A stretch of DNA of 64,000 nt from a bacterium (lineage in GTDB: Bacteria > Desulfobacterota > DSWW01): NCBI GenBank assembly GCA_040756235.1, contig JBFLZG010000087.1, positions 1-64,000 of the forward strand. The letters run 5' to 3'. The position numbers and the translations under genes are program-made. Under the pieces are notes generated by a model. That model saw nothing but the letters and a program-made list of their open reading frames with translations. It made no database searches and was not told the origin of the DNA. Below, in pieces: positions 1 to 9,670 of this stretch (position 1 is its first letter; each line of letters begins with the position of its first letter).

Positions 1-117
1 CTTCTCCCCCACCCCTGTCACTCTAGTCGACGGGACTCAGCAGGTCGGAGCGGGGCCGCCCGGTGCAAGAAAAACGGGCGTACAGGATATTTTTGTCTTG
101 ACACCTCTTTCTATAGA

Positions 118-370
118 GGGATGACGGGCCGTTTTCTCCGTCACCCCGGCGCAGGCCGGGGTCCAGTCCCTGTCACCCGGGAACGACCGCTGTGCATGAT
201 GCACCCTTCTGGATCCCGGCTCGCACGCGCTCCGCAGTTGGGCCGGGATGACGAAAACGAGCCCGTCATTCCCGCGAACCCCGGATCAAAGTCCGGAGCA
301 GGCGCGGGAATCCCCGTGCTGCGGGGGATCCCGGCTCGCGGCCGCTACGCGGCCTTGGTCGGGGATGACG
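118..370. repeat. Cluster of CGTC-tagged palindromic (REP-like) elements downstream of lexA
   Basis: CGTCACCCCGGCGCAGGCCGGGGTCCAG...CTGGATCCCGGCTCGCACGCGCTCCGCAGTTGGGCCGGGATGACG at 139-253; a second CGTCATTCCCGCG...GGGGATGACG unit at 264-370; near-identical units recur elsewhere in the window. Confidence 0.85.
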
Positions 371-376
371 GGCCCG

Positions 377-982
377 CTATGCATACTTCCGGATCAATCC
401 CACGACCACGCCCTGGATGGTCACTTCATCCGCCTGCAGGACGAGAGGTCTCATTTGCGGATTGGCCGGGTGGAGCTCCACGAGCGGCCCCTTGCGGAAA
501 AATTTCTTCACCGTTGCCTCGTTGCCGATCAGGGCCACGACCGTCTGGCCGTTGTCCGCATGGGATTGCTGCCGGACGAGGATGAGATCGCCGTCATGAA
601 TCCCGTCTTCCACCATGGAATCGCCCCGAACCCTCAGGGCGAAATGCTCTCCCGTACCCAGAAAGCTCTCCGGGACCTCCACCGTGTCCGGAGTCTGCAG
701 GGCCTCTACCGGTTGACCGGCAGCCACGAGGCCCAGCAGCGGCAGCCGGGTGCTCGATAGGGTCACCCCGATGGGCTCCGTCAACCAGAAAGCCTGCTTG
801 CGATTTTTCCCGGGGGTGACCAGAAATCCGCGGTTTTCGAGTTGTTTTAGATGCTTGAACACCGAATTGTAAGACCTGAAACCGAAATGTCGGCGGATCT
901 CGTCATAGGTCGGCGCGATGCCGTTCTGCCGCATGTATTCCTGAAGAAACACGTGAATTTCTTTCTGCCTCCGGGTCAACAT
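377..982 (-). CDS. lexA: SOS transcriptional repressor LexA
   Basis: N-terminal LTxRQ..PTYDEI wHTH; Ala-Gly cleavage site (VAAGQP); catalytic Ser (GDSM) and Lys (ATVKKF); ATG at 982 preceded by AGGAG. Confidence 0.97.
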   Translation of the reverse strand: MLTRRQKEIHVFLQEYMRQNGIAPTYDEIRRHFGFRSYNSVFKHLKQLENRGFLVTPGKNRKQAFWLTEPIGVTLSSTRLPLLGLVAAGQPVEALQTPDTVEVPESFLGTGEHFALRVRGDSMVEDGIHDGDLILVRQQSHADNGQTVVALIGNEATVKKFFRKGPLVELHPANPQMRPLVLQADEVTIQGVVVGLIRKYA

Positions 983-1038
983 CGCGCCTGTCTCCTGTGG
1001 GGGAATGACCACTCGCCCTGAGCGTGCTCACGATTTCC

Positions 1039-1067
1039 AGGATAGGTGAAAAATTGGTGAAAGTCAA
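1039..1067 (-). promoter_or_regulatory. sigma70-type lexA promoter with a direct-repeat candidate operator in the spacer
   Basis: Minus strand reads TTGACT-17 nt-TATCCT; TTTCACC-N4-TTTCACC (1045-1062) fills the spacer. Confidence 0.7.
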
Positions 1068-1446
1068 GGTAAATTCGTGGTCCAGGTGGTTTCGTGATCA
1101 AGAAGGAAAAATAAAAATATATCCAACAATGATAGATATATTTCCATTAGATATAATAAAGTAGTTTAACAAACATGCCGGGAAGGATGCGCCCTGCAAT
1201 CTCGAGGACAGAGGGGTTCCGGCCGGGACCGCAAAGGTTCTGGTCACCGGGTTCACCCGGAACGTCTCTCGGGCCAGCCCCGGGCGCGATGCGACGCACG
1301 GATTTGATGGTGCATCTTCACAAGGGGAGCTACGCATCAGGACCGCAGGAAACATTGTTCTTTAAAACAGATTGCGATACGGCCGATAATCTTCTGAGAC
1401 GATCGTCTTCTGTGATCTCGACCACCAGTGAACAGGAGTCCAGCCG

Positions 1447-2046
1447 ATGAAGCGAAAATGGTTCTTCCTTCCTGTTACCTTCTTTCTCCTGGCTCTCGCG
1501 TTTTGCGCATGCACTGCCCCCCAGGAGGAACCCGCGCCGCCCATCGTCAAGCGCACGGCCGCAACCGAGGCCTACGTCATCGGTCCCGAGGACGTGCTCG
1601 AGATCTCGGTGTGGCAGAACCAGGATCTATCTCGGACGGTCACCGTGCGGCCTGACGGGAAGATCAGCCTTCCCCTGCTGAGCGACCTGCAGGCGGCCGG
1701 CCTGACGCCGCAGGAGCTGAAGCAAGAGATTGCCAGCGGCATCAAACCTTACGTGGACGCGCCCGAGGTTTCAGTGATCGTACAGCAGATCAACAGCAGC
1801 CGCTTCTTCATCCAGGGCGAGGTCAACACCCCGGGCGTCTACCCGCTCCGCAGCAACGTGACGCTCTCGCAAGCCGTCACGCTGGCCGGGGGGTTCACGG
1901 AATTCGCCAAGAAGAGCAAAATCCAGATATTTCGCAAATGGAGGAACTCCTCGGAAATCATCGAGGCGAACTACAACATGATTCTTTCCGGAGATCCGGC
2001 CGAGGACATCGCCCTGCGGCCGGGTGACACGATCGTCGTTCCCTGA
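1447..2046 (+). CDS. Polysaccharide export (OPX/Wza-family) lipoprotein, short form
   Basis: Lipoprotein-like signal (LAFCAC); YVIGPEDVL..VRPDGKISLPLL Poly_export motif; SLBB-like GEVNTPG and AGGFTEFA; ends LRPGDTIVVP. Confidence 0.92.
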   Translation: MKRKWFFLPVTFFLLALAFCACTAPQEEPAPPIVKRTAATEAYVIGPEDVLEISVWQNQDLSRTVTVRPDGKISLPLLSDLQAAGLTPQELKQEIASGIKPYVDAPEVSVIVQQINSSRFFIQGEVNTPGVYPLRSNVTLSQAVTLAGGFTEFAKKSKIQIFRKWRNSSEIIEANYNMILSGDPAEDIALRPGDTIVVP

Positions 2047-2126
2047 TAAACGTGGCGGACCAAGTGACCGTGATCGAGTTGAGTGGATCTGGCTCTCTCC
2101 ACCTGCTGCAAGAGAGGACGCGCAAG

Positions 2127-3464
2127 ATGAGAACCGCTGCCCGGGACAACTTTCGGTCGATCGGTCGAGTGCTCGAAGCTTCCCTGCAAGATAATGTGCA
2201 TGTGCCGCATGCCTCGCGGCGGCAGAGTTGGCTCGCCGGAGGAGGCTTGTTGTTGTTGGTCGCCTTGTCCCCTGGGGAGGAGGCCCTTGCCTTCCGCATC
2301 GCGGATGTGGAAGTAACCCCGGGGGTGGAGTTGGCCGGAATCTACGAAAGCAATGCCCTGCTGAGGTCCGAGGATGACCCGAGAGGAACACCCGAAGATT
2401 ACATCGGGCGGATCAGCCCTTTCCTGAGACTGGCCTATGCGCGCGGGGCCACGGACTTCGCCCTGGGCTATCGAAACGAGCTCCTATTCTACAAGGACTT
2501 CCCGGAAAGAGACGTTCGGGGAAGCAACCACGAGCTGACGCTTTCGGCCGTGCGGCCCCTGGGTGAGAGAACGACCCTCACGCTGGCTGACCTGCTGCAG
2601 GCCGGAGAGACAATAACGGATATCACGGAGATCGGTTTCACCGACGTGGAGGCGCTCACCTTCCTGCCGGCGAGAAGGGAATTCGTGAGAAACGGGGCTA
2701 CGCTGGAGATCAGCCACGATCTGACGAGAACGATCAACGCCCTGGCCAGCCTCGAGTACGACTACGCCCATTACGATGCCTTCACCCGTGAGGACGGCGA
2801 ACGGGAACCCCAATCCGACGAGCACCACGTCCGAGGGTTCGTGACCGGCTCCTATGCCTGGCACCGGAGAAATTCGGTCACCGCCAGTTTCGGCGTGACC
2901 TATCACGATTACGATCGCAGGGGAGAGGCGTGGGTGTACACGTTCGCGGTCGGCGACCGCTGGCAGGTCACCGAGGCGCTGCAGCTGGACGGGAGCGTCG
3001 GCTTCGAGTACCTCAGCCAGGAGCTGGGGACCACGGGAGAAACCAGCGACTCCACGAACCCCTACGGAGCCCTGAACGCCACCTACGAGTTGGCAGAAGA
3101 TCTCACGTTTCTGGCCAATTTCTTCTACGGTACCCAGGCCAGCTCCGGCATCGGGACATCGGTCGAGACCCTTTCCGTCCGCCTGAGCGCGATCTACCAG
3201 GCCACGGAGAAGCTGAGGCTGGACGGCTTTGGTTTCTACTCCGATGGTGAGTCGGTGGATCAGGGCGACGAGGGAGTCGCCGACCTGAGCGTGGAATCCT
3301 TCCAGGCCGGCGCCGGCATCCATTATCAACTCCTGTCGTGGGCCGCTCCACGAGTGGAATACACCTATATCGATCAGGATGCAGACGAATCGGTCGGGGC
3401 CTCCTACAAGGACCATCGGGTGATCGTCGGAATCACCTTGACTCTGCCGGAGGACTTTCCATAA
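2127..3464 (+). CDS. Outer-membrane beta-barrel protein associated with polysaccharide export (start uncertain, 2052-2202)
   Basis: Hydrophobic signal-like segment, then amphipathic beta-strand pattern rich in Y/F/G; terminal HRVIVGITLTL strand; lies between the OPX and Wzc genes. Confidence 0.75.
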   Translation: MRTAARDNFRSIGRVLEASLQDNVHVPHASRRQSWLAGGGLLLLVALSPGEEALAFRIADVEVTPGVELAGIYESNALLRSEDDPRGTPEDYIGRISPFLRLAYARGATDFALGYRNELLFYKDFPERDVRGSNHELTLSAVRPLGERTTLTLADLLQAGETITDITEIGFTDVEALTFLPARREFVRNGATLEISHDLTRTINALASLEYDYAHYDAFTREDGEREPQSDEHHVRGFVTGSYAWHRRNSVTASFGVTYHDYDRRGEAWVYTFAVGDRWQVTEALQLDGSVGFEYLSQELGTTGETSDSTNPYGALNATYELAEDLTFLANFFYGTQASSGIGTSVETLSVRLSAIYQATEKLRLDGFGFYSDGESVDQGDEGVADLSVESFQAGAGIHYQLLSWAAPRVEYTYIDQDADESVGASYKDHRVIVGITLTLPEDFP

Positions 3465-3498
3465 CCGGTCCGGTCCGGACCGACGTGAGGGTAGCGTC

Positions 3499-5058
3499 AT
3501 GCAATCGAACAGCAATGAACTGAGGAGATACCTGGAAGCCGGGCTGCGCAGGAAGCGGCTGGTGGCCGTGCCGTTCGTGATCTGTTTCGGGATCGCTTTC
3601 TACATCGCCCTGACCCGGCCGCCGATCTACAAGTCTTCCACGACCATCCTGGTCGAGCCCCAGCAGGTGCCCGAGAACTACGTGCAATCGACCGTGACCG
3701 GATCCGTGCAGGACCGGCTGAACACGATCAGCCAGCAGATCCTGAGCCGGACCCGGCTTGAGGCGATCATCCGGGAGCTGAACCTGTATCCCGAGCTCAA
3801 AGGCATGTCGATGGATACGATCGTCCAGAGCATGCAGAAGAACATCAAGATCGACCTGGAGCGGGGGCGCGAAAGGGGCGGGACGGCCGCTTTCCAGATC
3901 TCATACTTCGGGACCGATCCGGTGGTCGTCCAGGGGGTGACGAGCAAGCTCGCCTCCCTCTATATCGAGGAAAACCTCCGGGTGAGAGGAACCCTCGCAC
4001 GGGAGACCAAGGAGTTCCTGGAGAAACAACTCCAGGGGATCGAGCAGGAGCTGAAGGTGCGCGAGGCGGCCCTCAAGGAGTACAAAGAAAAATACATGGG
4101 CGAGCTGCCCGATCAACTGGAGATCAACCTGAGGAACGTGGAACAGCTCCAGACCCAGAGGAGCTCGTTGATGGATGCCCTTCGGGATGCAGAAGGAAGG
4201 CAGGTCCTGCTCGAGCAGCAGCTCGCGCAGATGCCCAGGACCGGCGCCGGTCCGGGCCCCGTAGACCTTTTCCGCCAGCTCGATGCCAAGCGGCAGGAGC
4301 TGGCTGCGCTCAAGGCGCGCTATACGGACCAGTACCCGGACGTGGTCCGGGTCGGCAAGGAGGTGGAGACACTGGAACGGACGCTCGCGTCGCTCCAGAC
4401 GGGGGAGCCCGCGGCCCGGACGGCAAGTGTGTCCGTGATGGACCCCGCGTATGCGCAGATCAAGAGCCAGGCGGATGCGAACCGGCTCACAGTCCGCAAT
4501 CTCCGCGCCCAGTTGGCCGAGGCGGACGCGAAAATGGCGCGGCTGCAGAAGAGGCTCGACAAGGTCCCGGAGAGAGAGCAGCAGTACATGACCCTGACCC
4601 GGGACTATGAAAGCATCCGCAGGAGCTATGAGGAGATGGCGCAGCGGAGGATCAACGCGGAGATCTCCGAGAACCTCGAGAACCGACAGAAGAGCGAGCA
4701 GTTCCGCGTGCTCGATCCGGCCAATTACCCGTGGAAGGCCGAAGAGCCGAAGCGCATCAAGATCCTCGCTTTCGGCCTGATGGTCGGTCTCGGGCTCGGA
4801 GGCGTGCTGGCGTTCGCGGCCGAGTACATGGACCGGTCGTTCCGCTTCGTCGACGACGTCAAGGCCAGCTTCTCGGTCCCGGTATTGGGCGTCGTCCCGG
4901 TCCTGACTACGTCGGAGGAGCTTCGCAAGCGCAAGCTGAGGGCGTCCGCCCTGACCTCCTTCTCCTTCGGGTTCATGGTGGCGCTCATCGTGGGCGCGCA
5001 CCTGTTCGTCAAGGGATTCGACGAGCTCGTGATGCAGTTCGTGCAGATGTTCATGTAA
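3499..5058 (+). CDS. Polysaccharide co-polymerase / chain-length determinant (Wzc N-terminal part, GumC-like)
   Basis: N-terminal TM + PPIYKSSTTILVE; ILSRTRL; long coiled coil; FRVLDPA..P; C-terminal TMs; PVLGVVP. Confidence 0.92.
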   Translation: MQSNSNELRRYLEAGLRRKRLVAVPFVICFGIAFYIALTRPPIYKSSTTILVEPQQVPENYVQSTVTGSVQDRLNTISQQILSRTRLEAIIRELNLYPELKGMSMDTIVQSMQKNIKIDLERGRERGGTAAFQISYFGTDPVVVQGVTSKLASLYIEENLRVRGTLARETKEFLEKQLQGIEQELKVREAALKEYKEKYMGELPDQLEINLRNVEQLQTQRSSLMDALRDAEGRQVLLEQQLAQMPRTGAGPGPVDLFRQLDAKRQELAALKARYTDQYPDVVRVGKEVETLERTLASLQTGEPAARTASVSVMDPAYAQIKSQADANRLTVRNLRAQLAEADAKMARLQKRLDKVPEREQQYMTLTRDYESIRRSYEEMAQRRINAEISENLENRQKSEQFRVLDPANYPWKAEEPKRIKILAFGLMVGLGLGGVLAFAAEYMDRSFRFVDDVKASFSVPVLGVVPVLTTSEELRKRKLRASALTSFSFGFMVALIVGAHLFVKGFDELVMQFVQMFM

Positions 5059-5139
5059 GCCAGACGTTCTCGCGGGCCGGCCGGAACCGGCGGCCGCTGC
5101 GCGCGGCTTTTCCGCTTTCGACGAGAAGGGTTCGATTTC

Positions 5140-5868
5140 ATGATTCGAAGAAAGAATTACGACGCGGTTCATCCTTACGTCCTGGCGCTGAGCGACCCCG
5201 GGTCGCCGCTTCTGGAGATTTATCGCCGCATGTATCGAAAGATCCTCTTCCTGCAGCAGCAGAGGAACGTGCGCAGCATCTGCATCACCAGCGCCCGGGG
5301 CTCGGAGGGAAAGACCCTGACCGGCATCAATCTGGCGCTCGCCATGGCCGAAGACCCTTCCAGGAAGACCGCCCTGGTCGACTGCGATTTCCGGCGTCCC
5401 CAGGTGGCGGGGTATCTGGGGCTGCCCCTGGACAGCGGCGGTCTGGAGCAGGTGGTCCGGGGGGAGAAGGGCCTGCGAGACGTCGTGGTGCCGTTCAGCG
5501 GCAAGATCAATCTGCACGTCTTCCCTACGAGCCCCCTCGAAGGGGATCTGTATCCGCTTCTCTACCAAGGACGTCTCACGCCGATGTTCGACGAGCTGAA
5601 GGACGCCTATGACTTCGTCGTGGTGGACAGCCCCCCGATCCTCCCGATCCTTGATCAGCAGTTCCTCTCGGCCCTTCTCGATGCGGTCCTGTTGGTGGTC
5701 CGGGCCGGTCAGACCCCGAGGGAGGTCATCCAGACCGCCCTGGAATCGGTGGACACCATGAATCTCATCGGGATCGTCTTCAACGGCACCGAGGAGCGCT
5801 TCTCCGGCTATTATCCGTATGGGTACGAGTACAGGTACAGGTACAAGCAGCCTTACAGCCGGAACTGA
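5140..5868 (+). CDS. BY-kinase (CpsD/CapB-type tyrosine kinase)
   Basis: Walker A SARGSEGKT; A' VDCDFRRP; Walker B VVVDSPP; C-terminal Tyr cluster YYPYGYEYRYRY. Confidence 0.93.
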   Translation: MIRRKNYDAVHPYVLALSDPGSPLLEIYRRMYRKILFLQQQRNVRSICITSARGSEGKTLTGINLALAMAEDPSRKTALVDCDFRRPQVAGYLGLPLDSGGLEQVVRGEKGLRDVVVPFSGKINLHVFPTSPLEGDLYPLLYQGRLTPMFDELKDAYDFVVVDSPPILPILDQQFLSALLDAVLLVVRAGQTPREVIQTALESVDTMNLIGIVFNGTEERFSGYYPYGYEYRYRYKQPYSRN

Positions 5869-6007
5869 CGCCCTCACCGGCACCGGGCAACCGTTGCCAT
5901 AGGCGCGACGAGTCGCTCGGTAACCAGCCGCGAACGGCCCCGCAGGCCCGGGCAACCGCAAGCCCGGCGACCATGACCGTGACGGGAGAGAACTCGAGAG
6001 CCCTGGC

Positions 6008-7414
6008 ATGAGGATCTTTCAGCGCAACATCTCGCGACTGCGCATCGTCCTGTTCACCTTCGAATTCCTGCTGATCCTCGGGATCACCTACGGGATCGCC
6101 TTCCTGACCTTTCTCTATCAGAACGGAACGGGTGCCTACGGGTTGTTCAAAGGCAATGCGCTGCTGTTCAAGACGCTGCTCGTCGTGGTCGTTTGCCAGA
6201 CCTGCATGTACCTGAACGAGCTGTACGACTACAAGGTCACCCAGGGCCGCAGGGAATTCACCATCCGCCTGCTCCAGTCCCTCGGGATCGCCTGCATCCT
6301 CCTGAGCTTCCTCTACCTCTTCCTCGAGAGGGTCTCGATCGGGCAAACCAATTTTCTCCTGGCCCTGCCGGCCATCGTCCTGCTCGTGTTCGGGTGGCGG
6401 GAGCTCTACCCGGGGATCATGCACTCCCACCGGTTCGCAGAGAGGGTCGCCATTCTGGGGAGCTCGAACACGGCGCGAAGGATCCTCGAGGAGATCCGGG
6501 ACGTGAAGGACTCGGGCTTCGATGTGGTCACGCTCTTCACGGAGGACGACCCCGACGAGCTGGTCGGGCTCGACGCCCTCCCGGTCCGGAAGCTCGTGCC
6601 TCTGCGGGAGTTTCCGCTGCGCGGGAAGAGCTTGCCGGTGGATCGGATCGTGGTCGCCATCGGGGACCGCAGGGGCAAGCTGCCGTTCGAGACCCTGCTG
6701 GACTGCAGATTCGACGGGGTCCTGGTGGAAGAGGCGGCCTCTTTCTACGAGAAGCTGACGGGAAAGATCCTGCTCGATGACATCCGCCCGAGCTGGTTCA
6801 TCTTTTCCGAAGGCTTCCGCAAGAGCAAGTTCACGCTCAAGGTGAAGCGGGCGACCGACATCGTGCTTTCCGTCACCTTGCTCGCCCTCTCCGCCCCGTT
6901 CCTCTTGGTCGTGGCCCTGCTCACCAAGCTCGATTCCAGCGGCCCCGTCATCTACAAGCAGGACCGGGTGGGACAGGGGGGAAAGGACTACACGTTGTAC
7001 AAGTTCCGCTCCATGGTCGAACATGCAGAGGCCATGGGCGCCGAGTGGGCGAAGGAAAACGATCCTCGGGTCACCCGGGTCGGCCGATTTATCCGCAAGT
7101 ACCGAATCGACGAGGTTCCGCAACTCATCAACGTATTCAAAGGGGACATGAGCCTGGTCGGCCCGAGGCCCGAAAGAAGGGAATTCGTCATGGAGCTGGC
7201 CAGGCAGATCCCCTACTACCCCCAGCGGCTCTTCGTCAAACCAGGGGTGACGGGTTGGGCCCAGATCAAGTACCACTACGGCGCGTCCAGGGACGATACC
7301 AAGGAAAAGCTCCAATACGATCTCTACTACATCAAGCATATGTCTTTTTTGTTCGATCTCTCTATTGTGTTCGACACCATCCGGGTCGTGCTCACCGGGA
7401 AAGGGGCTCGCTAG
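6008..7414 (+). CDS. Priming sugar (phosphoglycosyl) transferase, exosortase-system type
   Basis: N-terminal TMs; KRATDI; YKFRSM; DPRVTRVGRFIRKYRIDEVPQL; GDMSLVGPRPE; KPGVTGWAQ. Confidence 0.95.
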   Translation: MRIFQRNISRLRIVLFTFEFLLILGITYGIAFLTFLYQNGTGAYGLFKGNALLFKTLLVVVVCQTCMYLNELYDYKVTQGRREFTIRLLQSLGIACILLSFLYLFLERVSIGQTNFLLALPAIVLLVFGWRELYPGIMHSHRFAERVAILGSSNTARRILEEIRDVKDSGFDVVTLFTEDDPDELVGLDALPVRKLVPLREFPLRGKSLPVDRIVVAIGDRRGKLPFETLLDCRFDGVLVEEAASFYEKLTGKILLDDIRPSWFIFSEGFRKSKFTLKVKRATDIVLSVTLLALSAPFLLVVALLTKLDSSGPVIYKQDRVGQGGKDYTLYKFRSMVEHAEAMGAEWAKENDPRVTRVGRFIRKYRIDEVPQLINVFKGDMSLVGPRPERREFVMELARQIPYYPQRLFVKPGVTGWAQIKYHYGASRDDTKEKLQYDLYYIKHMSFLFDLSIVFDTIRVVLTGKGAR

Positions 7415-7582
7415 GAGAGGCTGTCCATAAATGCCCATCTGCGGCGTTGCGCTCATGGCGTGGCATGGAGGCGGGGGAGCCTGCCCCGGCGAAGGCCGGG
7501 GTCACTGCGGCGTACTCCCATGTACGCCTCATTCCTCAGGATTTCGCGCGCCTTGCATCTGGACATTTCTGAACAGCCTCTC
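7415..7582. mobile_element. MITE-like element, 168 bp, with imperfect terminal inverted repeats
   Basis: GAGAGGCTGTCCATAAATG (7415-7433) matches the reverse complement of CATTTCTGAACAGCCTCTC (7564-7582) at 17/19; no transposase inside. Confidence 0.65.
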
Positions 7583-7636
7583 GGAGCCGAATTCTTGGAC
7601 AGGCTGCTAGAGCGATACGCTTGGGGGAAGAGGTCC

Positions 7637-9241
7637 ATGCGTCTGCTGCACCACATGCTGGAAAAGGCGGCGCGACGGCGCCCTGAGAAGGAGGCGCTCG
7701 TCCACGGCCCAGAGCGATGGTCCTTTCGGTCCCTCGACGAGGGGGCCAATCGAATCGCCCGCGCTCTTCGGGGCGCCGGTCTGGAGCCCGGCGACAGGGT
7801 CGGCATCCTTCTGCCGAACTCGGTCCACTTCGTCTGCGCCTACGTCGGCATTTCCAAGGCCGGCGGCATCTCGGTGCCCATCAACACGGCGGTCAACGCT
7901 GAGGGACTTCGATACATCCTCGATGACGCGGCTATCCGGGTCCTCATTTTCCATCGGAGCTTCCGTGCTTCCCTTCCGCATGGGGCAGGCGCAAGGCTGG
8001 CCTGCTTCATGGATGGAGGGTCGTCCGCGGCGCCGGCGACGGACGAGCGGGAGCCGGCCGGAGTGCGGGTTCGGCTGCTGGGGGACATCCTCCGGGAGGA
8101 GAGCAGCGCGCCGGCCGGCCTGGACGTATCGGACCAGGACCTGGCCTGCATTCTGTACACTTCCGGCTCCACGGGCAAGCCGAAAGGGGTCATGCTGAGC
8201 CATGCGAACATCATCGAGAATACCCGGTCGATCGTCGCTTATCTCGGGCTCACCGAGAACGACAGGATGATGGTGGTGCTGCCTTTTTTCTACTGCTACG
8301 GGCTGTCTCTGCTTCACACCCATTTGTGGGTCGGCGGGTCGCTCGTGCTGGAAAACCAGTTCCTGTATCCGAACCGGGTGCTGCAGAAGATGAAAGAGGA
8401 GCGGGTCACGGGCTTTGCAGGCGTGCCTTCCACGTTCTCCATCCTGCTGCGCAGGTCCAACCTGAGGGCTTTTTCGTTCGATGACTTGAGGTACGTGACG
8501 CAGGCCGGGGGCGCGATGGCGCCGGTCCTGATCCGAGAGCTGCACCAGTCCCTGCCGAGGACCCGGGTGTTCATCATGTACGGGCAGACGGAAGCCACGG
8601 CCCGGCTGTCCTATCTCCCGCCGGAATACCTGGAGGAAAAAATCGGATCGGTCGGGATGGCGATACCGAACGTGACCCTCAAGATCGTGAACGAGCGCGG
8701 GGAGAGCGTGAAGCCGGGCGAGACCGGGGAAATCGTTGCCAGCGGCCCGAACGTGATGAAGGGATACTGGAACAGCCCGGACGAGACCTGCCAGGTCATC
8801 GACGCGCACGGCGATCTTCGCACCGGGGACCTGGGGCGCGTCGACGAGGACGGCTTCCTCTATATCGTCGACCGCAAGAAAGACATGATCAAGTCCGGTG
8901 CGCACCGCGTGAGCGCCAAGGAGGTCGAGGCGGTCATTCTCGAGGAGGCGTCGGTGCTGGAATGCGCGGTCATCGGGGTCGAGGACGAAGTGATGGGCGA
9001 ATCGATCAAGGCCTTCATCGTCCCGGTGAGCCGGGACGGGCTGGATCCGGAGAGCATCATCCGCTTCTGCAAGGAGCGGCTGCCGCCCTACAAGGTCCCT
9101 CGCTGGGTGGAGGTGATCCGGGCGCTGCCGAAGAACGAGGCGGGAAAGGTGATGAAGGCTCGGCTCAAGCAGCCGCAAGAGACGAAGACGCAGGGGCCGG
9201 GGCAGCCCGGGAGCCTTCCTGCGCGCCGGAACGGGGAATAA
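7637..9241 (+). CDS. AMP-forming acyl/aminoacyl ligase (ANL superfamily)
   Basis: YTSGSTGKPKG; YGQTEA; TGDLG; DRKKDMIK; LPKNEAGKV; ATG at 7637 after GGAAGAGG (the upstream ORF extension runs through the MITE). Confidence 0.93.
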   Translation: MRLLHHMLEKAARRRPEKEALVHGPERWSFRSLDEGANRIARALRGAGLEPGDRVGILLPNSVHFVCAYVGISKAGGISVPINTAVNAEGLRYILDDAAIRVLIFHRSFRASLPHGAGARLACFMDGGSSAAPATDEREPAGVRVRLLGDILREESSAPAGLDVSDQDLACILYTSGSTGKPKGVMLSHANIIENTRSIVAYLGLTENDRMMVVLPFFYCYGLSLLHTHLWVGGSLVLENQFLYPNRVLQKMKEERVTGFAGVPSTFSILLRRSNLRAFSFDDLRYVTQAGGAMAPVLIRELHQSLPRTRVFIMYGQTEATARLSYLPPEYLEEKIGSVGMAIPNVTLKIVNERGESVKPGETGEIVASGPNVMKGYWNSPDETCQVIDAHGDLRTGDLGRVDEDGFLYIVDRKKDMIKSGAHRVSAKEVEAVILEEASVLECAVIGVEDEVMGESIKAFIVPVSRDGLDPESIIRFCKERLPPYKVPRWVEVIRALPKNEAGKVMKARLKQPQETKTQGPGQPGSLPARRNGE

Positions 9242-9265
9242 CGGACCGGACACGGAGCGACGAAC

Positions 9266-9610
9266 ATGGACATACGTGCCACCCTGCGAGCGTTCCTGCG
9301 TGAGAACTTTCTGTTGGCCAGGCCGGGCGGAGAGCTTTGTGACGAGACCTCCTTCCTCGACAGCGGGCTCGTGGATTCCACGGGCATGCTCGAGATCGTG
9401 CAGTTTCTCGAAGAGCGGTTCGGCATGACGGTCGAGGACGAAGAGCTCGCCCCGGAGAACCTGGACTCCATCGAAAACCTCACACGCTTCGTATGCCGGA
9501 AGACAGGGCGAGCGGATGGCCTCGCTGGCGGCGAGCGGCCCATCGACTCGAGCGCCGCGGACGGGCGCCCGAGGGAGCCGAGCACTCTGGCCGGGGGTGT
9601 CGGCGGGTGA
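9266..9610 (+). CDS. Acyl carrier protein
   Basis: SFLDSGLVDSTGMLEIV phosphopantetheine-Ser motif; PENLDSIENL; directly follows the ligase. Confidence 0.9.
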   Translation: MDIRATLRAFLRENFLLARPGGELCDETSFLDSGLVDSTGMLEIVQFLEERFGMTVEDEELAPENLDSIENLTRFVCRKTGRADGLAGGERPIDSSAADGRPREPSTLAGGVGG

Positions 9611-9670
9611 AAGGATCCGTACCTGGGACCAGGGCCTGAGTTCCGGCCCCTGTGAGGCTGTGTGGTATTT

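Noticed and set aside
139..370. CRISPR-like reading of conserved arms with variable cores
   Set aside because: The arms are inverted and the units are dispersed across kilobases; there is no regular direct-repeat array and no cas genes.
121..585. Small ORFs over repeat clusters (also 13134-13586, 24927-25367, 29823-30245)
   Set aside because: Their shared peptides (GSRLARAPQ.GRDD, VIPA.AG) are just translations of the CGTC repeat.
5810..5856. GTACAG-like short tandem repeat
   Set aside because: Explained by the Tyr cluster of the BY-kinase C-terminus.
9505..9610. About 35-aa C-terminal extension on the ACP
   Set aside because: Low-complexity tail like those on many genes here; probably stop-codon drift in GC-rich DNA.
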